A stretch of 64,000 bases of DNA from Acidobacteriota bacterium (GCA_033549365.1 JAWSUF010000006.1:141472-205471), one strand, 5' to 3'; counted from the stretch's first letter, positions 7,920 to 16,561 are shown. The notes: generated by a model from the letters alone, not told the origin. A program made the numbers and translations.

Positions 7920-9284
7920 TTAAATATCCTCCACGGGCCGTGTACCAAGGAGCATTTGCTCGACCCCGCTCGTTGCTTTTCCCAATAGTTCTTTTGATGC
8001 AGCTCTTAGCGACGCTGCTTTCAGGCGTTCTTGCATTGTTTTTTTTATCAGTTTTTGCTGAACATTGAGATTTGGAAGTGGTAACTTAAGTGACTGGATT
8101 TCTGTGCTATTTATGTTCGCCTGACCAATGATCTGCCTACTAAGGGCATTAATCTGCAGGCGACCGATTGGACCGTTAATTGCAAAAGCAACAAAATGTG
8201 GATCAGCTTTTTCGGGATCTACTCGCAATCGAATAAGATACGAGGCGAAAATGTAGGTCTCTTTCTTGTCAAAAACAGCACATTTACCCACAAGCTCCTT
8301 GCTATTTGTCCTGTTGATAAGAATATCCCCGCTGATAAGCTTAAGACTTTCTTCGATAACTTTTGATACTTTCAGATGTTTCAAATTTGATATATCCAAA
8401 TCACCGTCAACAATGTTATTCATACGGATAACACAAACCCCTTCCCCATTTGAATTTGTTTTTTCGCTTGTCCCATATTGAACGAGATCAAGAATTGCCC
8501 CTAATTCGACAATGGGGAATTTACCTTTTGTGAGGTCCATAATTGTGCTTGCGGCTTGATTGTAGCTTACACTCCATCGATCAAAATCCTTCCATTGCCC
8601 AATAATTAATTTATCAGATTTCTGGTTTTTAGGCATAGAAAGGCCAAGTTCTTGAATGAAAATTCGCATGGATTCGTCTATGGTGGCTTTAGACTTATCT
8701 TCCAATTGGATAGCTTCTGCGACAGCCGATTCCCAATATGTCACTATCTTTTTCTGAACTGAAAGTGGTGGGATCGGTATCTTTAAGGTTTCAAGAAGCG
8801 GATAAGTCAAATTCATCCTTACAGAGCCAGCAGTTGCGGCGCGCAAGGTTTGATTAAAAAATGCAGACTTTAATATAAACCAAAAAACTTCGGGAAGAAC
8901 GACGGCCTTATCAACCGAAAAAACGACGTAAGCCGGACTTATGAATGCGCCATCATGTTCCTGTGGTACCCGACCTATTGATCCGACGTTTATACGGTAT
9001 GGGTTGTAGGCAAAGTCACCCGCACTGACCTTTTTGTAGGGTTGTTTGATGTCTTTTCCCTGTGCGTCATAAGCATGGAAAATTCCATTAGTGTTGTTCA
9101 CCCCAAGTATCTTAAAGGATTCTCGTGGTGAATCATAAGGACGTATTTTTTCGTTATGTTCAGTGACGAATTCGGCAAGAGACACCAAAGGGAACTTTGA
9201 TTTTATCTTCGTTAAAAAATATTTTACGTCCCAACGTTCTAAGTCAGTAAAGCTTATTATGCGGGGTGTGGCCATTCCCATCAC
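7920..9284 (-). CDS. hsdS: Type I restriction-modification specificity subunit HsdS (two target-recognition domains)
   Basis: 454 aa. Duplicated architecture with conserved HsdS segments (…IPIPPLSVQKKIVTYWESAV…, …LPLPNLNVQQKLIKK…, ILINRTNSKELVGKCAVFDKK). Markedly AT-rich relative to neighbours. ATGA-type overlap with hsdM. Confidence 0.85.
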   Translation of the reverse strand: MMGMATPRIISFTDLERWDVKYFLTKIKSKFPLVSLAEFVTEHNEKIRPYDSPRESFKILGVNNTNGIFHAYDAQGKDIKQPYKKVSAGDFAYNPYRINVGSIGRVPQEHDGAFISPAYVVFSVDKAVVLPEVFWFILKSAFFNQTLRAATAGSVRMNLTYPLLETLKIPIPPLSVQKKIVTYWESAVAEAIQLEDKSKATIDESMRIFIQELGLSMPKNQKSDKLIIGQWKDFDRWSVSYNQAASTIMDLTKGKFPIVELGAILDLVQYGTSEKTNSNGEGVCVIRMNNIVDGDLDISNLKHLKVSKVIEESLKLISGDILINRTNSKELVGKCAVFDKKETYIFASYLIRLRVDPEKADPHFVAFAINGPIGRLQINALSRQIIGQANINSTEIQSLKLPLPNLNVQQKLIKKTMQERLKAASLRAASKELLGKATSGVEQMLLGTRPVEDI

Positions 9285-11542
9285 TCAGATCCTCCAGCCC
9301 CGGCAAAAGCTTTGGGATCGAGCAAAAACTCCCGGAACCATTCCAGGCAGGTCTTTTCGATCCTTTTCGGTTGATTTGCATTTGGATAGAGCTCGTTCTG
9401 CCCTTCCTCACCGGTGGCGGATATACCGACCTTATCTGCCTCATACATAAAAATGGGATAATCAAAACGCTCTTTTAATAGCTGTCGAGATTCGGCGGCT
9501 TTCTTCCCCTCCATCTGCTTGAGGAAATCCTTAAGCTCCTTTTGTAGCAATTTACGGCTTTCGGCATCTTTTTTTTCCTTAGCGTTTGCAATGGCGCCCT
9601 CAAGTCGCTGGGTTTCCGCAGCGATCTCGTCAGCATATTTGGCTTCAATTTCCGCTATCGCAGCGACATAGGTCTTATCAAATCGCTCTTTTTGCTGATC
9701 TGAATATTTCTGCAAGAACAGCAGAGATGCCTTTACACTGGCTCCGGAAGAGATGAACGTCTCTTGCGGCAGACTGACCACGGCCTTAAGATAGGCTCGG
9801 TCTTCGACAAATTGCCGTACATAGGCCAGCGAAGGATTGTTATAGACCCCTTCGGGGAGAACGATGCCCATGCGTCCCCCGGGTTTGAGCAAGTCCAGGC
9901 ATCGTTCTACAAAAAGGATTTCGGTTTTTATCTTGGATTCATTACTCTTTGGCAGGTCGAACAGACTGGCAATGGGTTTATTGATGGCGGACTTTACCCG
10001 CGCCTGGGCTTCTTTATAAGGCTCGCCGAACTCACGCACATAGCGGCGCTCATCTGAATCCTTCACTGCAATGTCGGATTCAAGCACCTTGTCCGAGGGC
10101 TCCACGTTTGCGCCAAAAGGGGGATTGGTGAGGACAATATCGAAGCGGGTTTCAAAGATGCCGTTGACGTTTAGAAAGCCGTCATGATGATGGACCCCGC
10201 CATGACCATCACCGTGCATGATCATGTTCATTTTGCTGGTACGGGCCATGCGGTCGTTGGCATCCGTGCCGAAAATGCAGCGGTTGGCCAGATTCCAGAG
10301 GCGCGAGCCTTCGTTGGATTGATCTATGGTTTGCTGGATCTCATCAAATTTTTCCTGAAGCAATTTGGCCCGCTTGGTGTCTGTAAGGGACTTGTCCTTT
10401 TCAACCTTTGCCCGAAAATCGTTATACTGTCGGTCGGCATCGGCCAGGATTTTTTCACGCACGATCTCAAATACCCGAATCAGAAATCCGCCGGACCCGC
10501 TGGCCGGATCGCAGACCACCTCGCCCTCCTGGGGATCGATCATGTGCACCATGAACTCCACGATGGTTCGAGGAGTAAAAAACTGACCGATTTCTCCGCG
10601 AAAGGTACGCCCCAGAAAGCGTTCAAAAGCCACACCTTTGATATCCTCGCTGGTATCGGAAAGGTTGTATTTTTCAAGTTTGCGAACAATCTCTTCGCCC
10701 GTGGCCGGTTTCAGGTTGATCCGTTCATCATCGTCGAAGATTTTATCCGCGGAATAGGATTTCTTGGTTTCCTGGAATAACGTGTCCAACGGGTTTTCGG
10801 CAATCTGCCGATTGAGCACATCAACGGTAAAGAGGTTTTCCTTACTGCGGCGGGTAAGTAGTTTACGTTCCACATATACTTTTACGAAAAGGATCTTGGC
10901 GATTTCATCAAAGGCGGCGGCCGGGTCTTTTTTTTCCCGGTTGCGGATCACGTTGTGGCATTGGTGCAGCAAGTCGGCAAACTCTTTCTCTTTGAACACG
11001 CGCAATTTCGAGAACAACTCCTCGATTTCCTTGTCCGTGGCATCGACATGGGGGATGTTCTCGATTTCTTCTATGTAGCCGGGCATCCGGTCTTTCTTGA
11101 CACGCCAGTATTTGGTTTCCCGGGAATTGTGGGTGACGAAAAAAGGCGCATCGGTCATACGGGCATAGTGTTCTCCCTGAGAATAGTCCTGGGCCTTAAT
11201 GGTCACATTGTCCGATTTGCACTCTATAATGATAAACGGGGCTTTTTGAGCGGTTTTGTCCTGGGGGCTGCGCCATATCACAAAATCCGCCCGTGCCTGG
11301 GCGCTGCCGCGACCGGAGACATCCATCTCCTCTGAGATCTGGTCCAGGATGTAACCATATTCCTCGGTCAAAACGAGCAAGTATTCCTGACGAACGCGTT
11401 CTTCAGGGGTGAGCGGCAGCCATTTTCGTCGCACCGGGCTGAAGATCTGGCTGCCTTTGACTTGGATTTCATCCGCTTTTACATAATTTTTTTTGGCCAC
11501 GCATCGCTCCCCATATCGATCATAATTTGTCATTTTCGGCAT
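9281..11542 (-). CDS. hsdM: Type I RM N6-adenine DNA methyltransferase HsdM with N-terminal PD-(D/E)xK HSDR_N-type domain (753 aa)
   Basis: MTase motif I (VCDPASGSGGFLI) and motif IV (LTNPPFG). N-terminal ~170 aa (EERVRQEYLLVL…ADFVIWRS…APFIIIECK) matches the HsdR N-terminal PD-(D/E)xK nuclease-like domain with a D…E-x-K arrangement. Confidence 0.85.
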   Translation of the reverse strand: MPKMTNYDRYGERCVAKKNYVKADEIQVKGSQIFSPVRRKWLPLTPEERVRQEYLLVLTEEYGYILDQISEEMDVSGRGSAQARADFVIWRSPQDKTAQKAPFIIIECKSDNVTIKAQDYSQGEHYARMTDAPFFVTHNSRETKYWRVKKDRMPGYIEEIENIPHVDATDKEIEELFSKLRVFKEKEFADLLHQCHNVIRNREKKDPAAAFDEIAKILFVKVYVERKLLTRRSKENLFTVDVLNRQIAENPLDTLFQETKKSYSADKIFDDDERINLKPATGEEIVRKLEKYNLSDTSEDIKGVAFERFLGRTFRGEIGQFFTPRTIVEFMVHMIDPQEGEVVCDPASGSGGFLIRVFEIVREKILADADRQYNDFRAKVEKDKSLTDTKRAKLLQEKFDEIQQTIDQSNEGSRLWNLANRCIFGTDANDRMARTSKMNMIMHGDGHGGVHHHDGFLNVNGIFETRFDIVLTNPPFGANVEPSDKVLESDIAVKDSDERRYVREFGEPYKEAQARVKSAINKPIASLFDLPKSNESKIKTEILFVERCLDLLKPGGRMGIVLPEGVYNNPSLAYVRQFVEDRAYLKAVVSLPQETFISSGASVKASLLFLQKYSDQQKERFDKTYVAAIAEIEAKYADEIAAETQRLEGAIANAKEKKDAESRKLLQKELKDFLKQMEGKKAAESRQLLKERFDYPIFMYEADKVGISATGEEGQNELYPNANQPKRIEKTCLEWFREFLLDPKAFAGAGGSE

Positions 11543-12242
11543 AACTGAAATAGCTGGTTCCGCCGCCGATGATAATGTGATCCTGGAACACCAAATCCAA
11601 AAGCCCGGCGGCTTGCTTCAATTCCTGGGTCGTCTTGTCATCGGCGGGGGAAGGGCTCGGATGCCCAGAAGGATGGTTGTGCGCCACGACGAAGGCGCTG
11701 GCTGACACACGCAAGGCTTCTTCCATCACACGCCTTACATAGACAGTGGCTTGCGTTGGGATGCCCTCCGTAATGAGCCTTTCAGCAAGCATGCAATTCT
11801 GGCCATCCAGGAGGATGGATAGAAAGCATTCCTGGCGCTGACCTTCAAATCGTGGGCGAATGTAATCAACCACCGCCGCAGCATTGGTGAAATCCTTGGG
11901 TCGGGTTGATTGTCTTCGGACTCTTTTGCCAATTTCAATGGCGGCTTTCATTTGCGCCACCTTGGCGATACCCATTCCCGGGATGGCGAGAAGCTCCTCT
12001 ATGTGAGCGCGGTCGATACCGCTTATACCGTTAAACATAGACATCAACCGGCGGGCCAGATCTTCTGCCGATTGTCCCGCTTTACCAATGCGAAGCAAAA
12101 TCGCTAGAAGTTCCCCATCTGAGAGGCCTTCAGCACCTGAATGGAGGAGTTTCTCTCGTGGGCGTTCGGTCACAGGCCAATCCTTGATAGCTTGGCGTTT
12201 AGATTTATGTACCCCGTTTGATGTAGTTTGGCCCTTAACCAT
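11520..12242 (-). CDS. radC: RadC-like JAB/MPN (JAMM) domain protein
   Basis: 240 aa with an HhH-like N-terminus and the JAMM motif AFVVAHNHPSGHPSPSPADD. Overlaps the hsdM start by 23 nt. Confidence 0.8.
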   Translation of the reverse strand: MVKGQTTSNGVHKSKRQAIKDWPVTERPREKLLHSGAEGLSDGELLAILLRIGKAGQSAEDLARRLMSMFNGISGIDRAHIEELLAIPGMGIAKVAQMKAAIEIGKRVRRQSTRPKDFTNAAAVVDYIRPRFEGQRQECFLSILLDGQNCMLAERLITEGIPTQATVYVRRVMEEALRVSASAFVVAHNHPSGHPSPSPADDKTTQELKQAAGLLDLVFQDHIIIGGGTSYFSYAENDKL

Positions 12243-12465
12243 TTTCGCTCCCCGAAAGATCCAACGCTCCGTCCGTCTTCATTCTTTCACAGAACGCATC
12301 CAACTGCGCCTGGGCCAGTTTAGACGGCTTGGCCTGACCATTTTCCCAGCGATTAACCGTGGCATAGCTCACACCCAACTCGCGAGCCAAATCCTCCTGG
12401 CTAATGGCAAGCTGTCGGCGAACCTCCTTAACTAATGCCGGGTAATCCGGATGGATTGGTTTCAT
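12235..12465 (-). CDS. XRE-family helix-turn-helix transcriptional regulator
   Basis: LVKEVRRQLAISQEDLARELGVSYATVNRWENGQAKPS is a classic XRE HTH. ATG at 12463-12465 is preceded by AAGGA. The ORF-track TTG start at 12492 is less likely. 8-nt overlap with radC. Confidence 0.65.
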   Translation of the reverse strand: MKPIHPDYPALVKEVRRQLAISQEDLARELGVSYATVNRWENGQAKPSKLAQAQLDAFCERMKTDGALDLSGSENG

Positions 12466-12504
12466 CACATCATCCTTTAGAGCGATATCCAACGGTAATA
12501 ATGA

Positions 12505-12560
12505 ACTTGATTACAGATGTTATATCATCCGGTAAAATATTCGCAACCTCTTTTTGTTTG
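12505..12560 (-). promoter_or_regulatory. Candidate sigma70-type promoter region for the HTH-radC-hsdMS-… unit (AT-rich)
   Basis: Minus strand shows TTTACA-N17-AATATT and an overlapping TTGCGA-N16-TATAAC upstream of the HTH gene. Weak -10 elements, and I cannot choose between the two. Confidence 0.25.
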
Positions 12561-12853
12561 TAAAGATAAATTCGGGCACCCAGATGCAACCGGGCTGTTA
12601 AACAAGACGACTCGAAAAACGGAGAACAGGAGAATTCAGCGTTCGTTTCAGGGTCCAAAAGCCGTCTTCGAACTCAAAAGGCCTCGACGTACATGAAAAA
12701 CCAGGCTTTCAGGAGAATGGAGAAGATGGCAGGGAATATCTACGAAGCTGCAACCCTTTGAAAATACAGATCATAGAACAACGAAGCCCCACATCATGGA
12801 TACAGGGCTTTATTCGTTAAGCAACCGGTTAGGAAATGGGTTGCATTCGTGGT

Positions 12854-13181
12854 TGGCTCCCCGGGCAGGACTCGAACCTGCAACCTATTGGTTACAAGGG
12901 CCCCGGAGTTTCCTCCGGGCTTGGACTATCTCTTCACCCGTCCCGCGTCGCCGCGGGCGAGGGTGTCGGGCGCTTCCCCCGGGTCGAAACCCGGAGTACG
13001 AGCCGAAGCTCTAGTCTCTGCACCTTCCCCGTCCCGAAGGGACGAGGCTTGGCTCAGGGTTGCCGTTCTCCGCACCCGGCGGAGGGCAGGGTTCCCTGAA
13101 TTCACCCGATTTTCCATCCGCGGTTTCCCGCGGACGCTGCCTTTTGACAGCCAACCGCTCTACCGATTGAGCTACCGGGGA
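12854..13181 (-). tRNA. tRNA-Asn (anticodon GUU) interrupted by a group I intron between nt 35 and 36
   Basis: Exon 1 (13181-13147): UCCCCGG-UA-GCUC-AAUCGGUA-GAGC-G-GUUGG-CUGU. Exon 2 (12894-12854): UAA-CCAAU-AGGUU-GCAGG-UUCGAGU-CCUGC-CCGGGGA-G-CCA. Spliced product has loop CUGUUAA (anticodon GUU), U1-A72 and G73 as in E. coli tRNA-Asn. Exon lengths 35+41=76. Confidence 0.8.
12895..13146 (-). ncRNA. Group I self-splicing intron (~252 nt) in the tRNA-Asn anticodon loop
   Basis: P1: exon GCUGU pairs with intron GCAGC, with a U·G wobble at the 5' splice site. Intron ends in G (omega-G) before UAACC. The core GAGCCAAGC…GAAGGUGCAGAGACUAGAGC closely resembles the Azoarcus tRNA-Ile intron (GAGCCAAGC…GAAGGUGUAGAGACUAGACGG). 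Confidence 0.75.
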
Positions 13182-13194
13182 GCAAGGGACAGGA

Positions 13195-13223
13195 AATATA
13201 ACATGAGTCGAGGCGATTTTCAA
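13195..13223 (-). promoter_or_regulatory. sigma70-type promoter for the intron-containing tRNA-Asn (TTGAAA-N17-TATATT)
   Basis: Minus strand: TTGAAA (rc of 13218-13223), 17-nt spacer, TATATT (rc of 13195-13200). -10 ends 13 nt upstream of tRNA position 1. Confidence 0.45.
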
Positions 13224-13336
13224 CAACGAAATGCGATGCGGTGAAGAAGTTCTCGGAGGCGGAAATTGCGAGGCGGTCATCGAAAAGTCAGCAGACAAAA
13301 AAACAGCAAGGCGTTTTCGACGTCGGCGGGAATGCC

Positions 13337-14098
13337 CTAAAAACGGTATCCGGCCTGCTTGACCGTCTTGCGGTAGTCGTCGCCGTCCATCGCGACGACT
13401 TTGCACATCTCATAAATCCGCGACCGGAGACGGACGCCGATCCGGTCGACGAGAGAGTCTCCGCCTTTCTTGTACATGGTGTCCCGGGGGTCTTCCTCGG
13501 ATTCGGTGTCGGGGTAATTGGTCGTGAAGAGAGTCATTTTCTTGTTGTTATAACGGTGGTTGATGATATAGAAAACGGTCTCTTCGACCCAGGCCGTCGT
13601 CCGTTTGGCACCCAGCTCGTCCAGGACCAGGACCTCGCACTGGAAAACGGGGGCCAGAACGTCGGACTCCGAGATGACGGAATCCGGGGAAAACGTGGAT
13701 TGGATCTCGCGGATAAGATCCCGGAAATCCGTGAATACGCAGAAGACGTTTTTCTTGAGGACGAGTTCCTGAAGAACGGCGGCGGCGAGGTGGGTCTTCC
13801 CCACTCCGCAGGGTCCGATGAACAGCAGGCCGACGTCGGGCGCCGGGAAGTCCTTGACGAATTTGCGGGCAATCTTAAGGGCGTGGCGGAGCGAGTCGTT
13901 GAGGGCATCGAAATTGGCCAGCGTGCAGTTTCGGTAGCGGCGCGGGATTCGGGCCCGGTCGAGAAGGTTCTGTCTGCGGAGATCGAGAAGGCAGTGGCAG
14001 CGCCGGGCCACCCGGCCGCCGGAGGCATCATCCAGAATCCAGCCCGTCCCCTGGCATGCCGAGCAGCCGCCGCCCGCCGGTTCCGGTGTCGCCGTCAA
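13337..14098 (-). CDS. DnaC/DnaI/IstB-family AAA+ ATPase (helicase-loader-like) with N-terminal Cys zinc-finger-like motif
   Basis: Walker A GPCGVGKTHLAAAV, Walker B VLVLDELG, N-terminal CSACQGTGW…RCHC. 4-nt overlap with the upstream sigma-factor gene. Confidence 0.65.
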   Translation of the reverse strand: MTATPEPAGGGCSACQGTGWILDDASGGRVARRCHCLLDLRRQNLLDRARIPRRYRNCTLANFDALNDSLRHALKIARKFVKDFPAPDVGLLFIGPCGVGKTHLAAAVLQELVLKKNVFCVFTDFRDLIREIQSTFSPDSVISESDVLAPVFQCEVLVLDELGAKRTTAWVEETVFYIINHRYNNKKMTLFTTNYPDTESEEDPRDTMYKKGGDSLVDRIGVRLRSRIYEMCKVVAMDGDDYRKTVKQAGYRF

Positions 14099-14937
14099 TT
14101 CAGGTATCCTCTCAACTGCTGAAGACGATGGGAACGCCCCAATTTTCTCATCGCTCTCTGCTCGATCTGGCGGATCCTCTCCCGGGTCAGTCCCAAGGTC
14201 TCTCCGATGTCCTGAAGCGTTCTGGGTTGATCGTCATCCATCCCAAAACGCCATTTTATCACAAGGGCTTCCTTGTCATCCAGCTCGTCAAGGACTTCGC
14301 GGATCTGCCCCTCGATGGACGACTTGATGATCTGGTATTCGACGGAGGGAGACATCTCGTCGCCGATTTTGTCGCCGACTTCGAGATCCTCATTCCGGAG
14401 CTTGTCGCTCAGCGAGACTCCCCGGTTGTCGAGAGTCTCCAGATCCTCGATGTCCTCGACACCGAGTCCCATGCGTTCGGCGATCTCGTCCCGGGTCGGC
14501 TCCCGCCCTTTTTCCGCCTTGAGCGCCGCAGCGTGTTTTTTCATCTGGGAAATCTGGTCGCTCATTTTCTGAGGTACGTGGTAGGCCCGGACCGACCGGG
14601 ACAGCGCGTGCAGGATGGACTGGCGGATCCACCAAACGGCATAGGAGATGAAGCGCACGTTGCGGTCGGGATCGAACCGCCGGGCCGCCTCGATGAGCCC
14701 GATGTTGCCCTCGTTGATCATGTCGAGCAGCGACATCCCCATGCCGCGGTATTTCTTGACGTAGGACACCACGAATTTGAGGTTGGATTCGATGAGCCGC
14801 TGCTGGGCTTCGCGGTCCCCTTTTCGGGCCCGTTCTCCAAGCCTCTTTTCCTCTTCGTCCGTCAGCGTCGGGAATTGCCCGATCTGTTCAAGGTAAAGCT
14901 TGAGATTCTTCGAATCCAGAAAATCCCGGAAAGTCAT
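14095..14937 (-). CDS. RNA polymerase sigma factor, sigma-70 family (regions 2-4; RpoD/RpoS-like region 2.4)
   Basis: 280 aa. Region 2 GNIGLIEAARRFDPDRNVRFISYAVWWIRQSILHAL. Region 4 HTH LQDIGETLGLTRERIRQIEQRAMRKL. Overlaps hspR stop by 4 nt. Confidence 0.8.
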   Translation of the reverse strand: MTFRDFLDSKNLKLYLEQIGQFPTLTDEEEKRLGERARKGDREAQQRLIESNLKFVVSYVKKYRGMGMSLLDMINEGNIGLIEAARRFDPDRNVRFISYAVWWIRQSILHALSRSVRAYHVPQKMSDQISQMKKHAAALKAEKGREPTRDEIAERMGLGVEDIEDLETLDNRGVSLSDKLRNEDLEVGDKIGDEMSPSVEYQIIKSSIEGQIREVLDELDDKEALVIKWRFGMDDDQPRTLQDIGETLGLTRERIRQIEQRAMRKLGRSHRLQQLRGYLN

Positions 14938-15350
14938 GCGCTCTCGTCTTCGTCCTTGATCTTGACAAGACCGGCCTTGCGGACGAGAACCAGGGCCTTC
15001 TTCCCGGCCTCGAACTCATCCTCGCGATCCTTGGCAAACTCCTCTCGGACATAGTCGAGGAAGCTGTTGATCTCGCTTTCGATCTGCTCCATCCGCTCCC
15101 TCATGTTCAGGATGACTTCGACACCGGCCAGATTCACGCCGAGGTCGCGGACGAGGTTGAGAATGATTTCAAGACGCTTCAAATCCTCCGGCGCATAGAG
15201 ACGGGTGTTGCCTTCGCTTCGGGACGGCTTGAGCAGGCCCTCCCTCTCATAAATGCGAAGCGTCTGGGGATGGATGTTGTACATCCGGGCGACACTGCTG
15301 ATGTGGTGGTACTTGCGGGGTTCCTCCCGTTTGTTGTCCCGCGCCGTCAT
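14934..15350 (-). CDS. hspR: MerR-family heat-shock repressor HspR
   Basis: N-terminal MerR HTH (YHISSVARMYNIHPQTLRIYEREGLL). Positioned immediately downstream of dnaK-dnaJ, as in hspR operons. Confidence 0.75.
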   Translation of the reverse strand: MTARDNKREEPRKYHHISSVARMYNIHPQTLRIYEREGLLKPSRSEGNTRLYAPEDLKRLEIILNLVRDLGVNLAGVEVILNMRERMEQIESEINSFLDYVREEFAKDREDEFEAGKKALVLVRKAGLVKIKDEDESA

Positions 15351-15351
15351 G

Positions 15352-16488
15352 TCACATCTTCCCCATGGCGTCCCGTGGATTCGGACCGGATATTTTCTCC
15401 AGTTCCTTCATGAGCTCGCGGACACGCTGGTCTTCGAACGGCGGCGGAACGATGACGACCTCGACGAAAGCGTCGCCGCGCACCTTTTTTCCGGGAAGCG
15501 AGACCCCCTTGTTCCGAAGCCGAAATTTCTGCCCGGACCGGGTTCCCGGCGGAATTCGGATGGTTTCGGGTCCGTGGATGGTCGGCACCTCGATTTTGGA
15601 CCCCAGTGTGGCTTCGGGGACCGTGATCGGAACCCGGGCATGGATATGAGGGCCTTCGCGCCGAAAATAGGCATGGGGTGCGACCTCGATGGAAATATAG
15701 AGATCGCCCGCCGTTCCGCCCGAACCCGGTGCGGCATTCCCCTTTCCGGCGATTCGGACCCTTGATCCGGTATCGACGCCGGCCGGAATGCGGACGGTGA
15801 TATTTTCGGTTTTCTGATAAAGGGCGCGTCCGCCGCAGGAGGAACAAACCTCGCCCGCATCTCCGCCGCTCCCCCCACACTCCCGGCAGGGCGAGGAGAA
15901 TTTCATGAAGCCTTTCTGATGAACCGTGCGTCCCGATCCGCCGCAGGAGGAACAGGACGAATGCCGGCCTTTTCCCGCGACGCGTCCGGCACCGCCGCAG
16001 TCGGCACAGGCGGCCAGACGGGTGATCCGGATCCGGGTCTGGAGTCCGTGAATGGCATCTTCGAAGCCGACCTTCATCGCATACTGGAGATCTTCGCCCC
16101 GGACCGGACCGGGTGCGGTGCGTCCGAATCCCGCTCCACCTCCTGCGCCGCCGAAAAGGTTTTCGAAGATATCCCGCATGGAGGAGGACCCGTAATTCGA
16201 AAATTCGAAACCGTCAAAACCCGGAGCGCCTCCTCCCGAGGAGGCCCACTCCCCGGCTCCGGGCGGCGAGTCTCCGACCGTCCCGAACTGGTCGTACTGG
16301 GCCCTCTTTTTCTCGTCGCTCAAGACGGCGTAGGCTTCCTGGATGTCTTTGAATCGGGCCTCGGCGGCTTTATCCCCCGGATTGAGGTCGGGGTGATGTT
16401 TGCGGGCCAGCTTCCTGTAAGCCTTCTTGATCTCGGCCGCGGAGGCGCCGCGTTCGATGCCGAGGGTTTCGTAATAATCTTTCTTCAT
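15352..16488 (-). CDS. dnaJ: Molecular chaperone DnaJ
   Basis: J-domain ([36 protein letters not shown]), G/F-rich region, four CxxCxGxG zinc-finger repeats ([30 protein letters not shown]). Confidence 0.9.
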   Translation of the reverse strand: MKKDYYETLGIERGASAAEIKKAYRKLARKHHPDLNPGDKAAEARFKDIQEAYAVLSDEKKRAQYDQFGTVGDSPPGAGEWASSGGGAPGFDGFEFSNYGSSSMRDIFENLFGGAGGGAGFGRTAPGPVRGEDLQYAMKVGFEDAIHGLQTRIRITRLAACADCGGAGRVAGKGRHSSCSSCGGSGRTVHQKGFMKFSSPCRECGGSGGDAGEVCSSCGGRALYQKTENITVRIPAGVDTGSRVRIAGKGNAAPGSGGTAGDLYISIEVAPHAYFRREGPHIHARVPITVPEATLGSKIEVPTIHGPETIRIPPGTRSGQKFRLRNKGVSLPGKKVRGDAFVEVVIVPPPFEDQRVRELMKELEKISGPNPRDAMGKM

Positions 16489-16561
16489 GGCCCGACCCGC
16501 ATTCCGGATTTCGACCGGAAATGAGTCCGGGACGGCGGCGTCCCGGACTCATTCCAGGATA

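Noticed and set aside
12850-13190. Considered that the ~340-nt structured RNA region ending in ...CCA could be a tmRNA (ssrA).
   Set aside because: It has a genuine D-arm (UAGCUCAAUCGGUAGAGC), an anticodon stem and a T-arm whose exons sum to exactly 76 nt, and the insert carries the group I catalytic core. tmRNA lacks a D-arm and has pseudoknots and a tag ORF, which I do not see.
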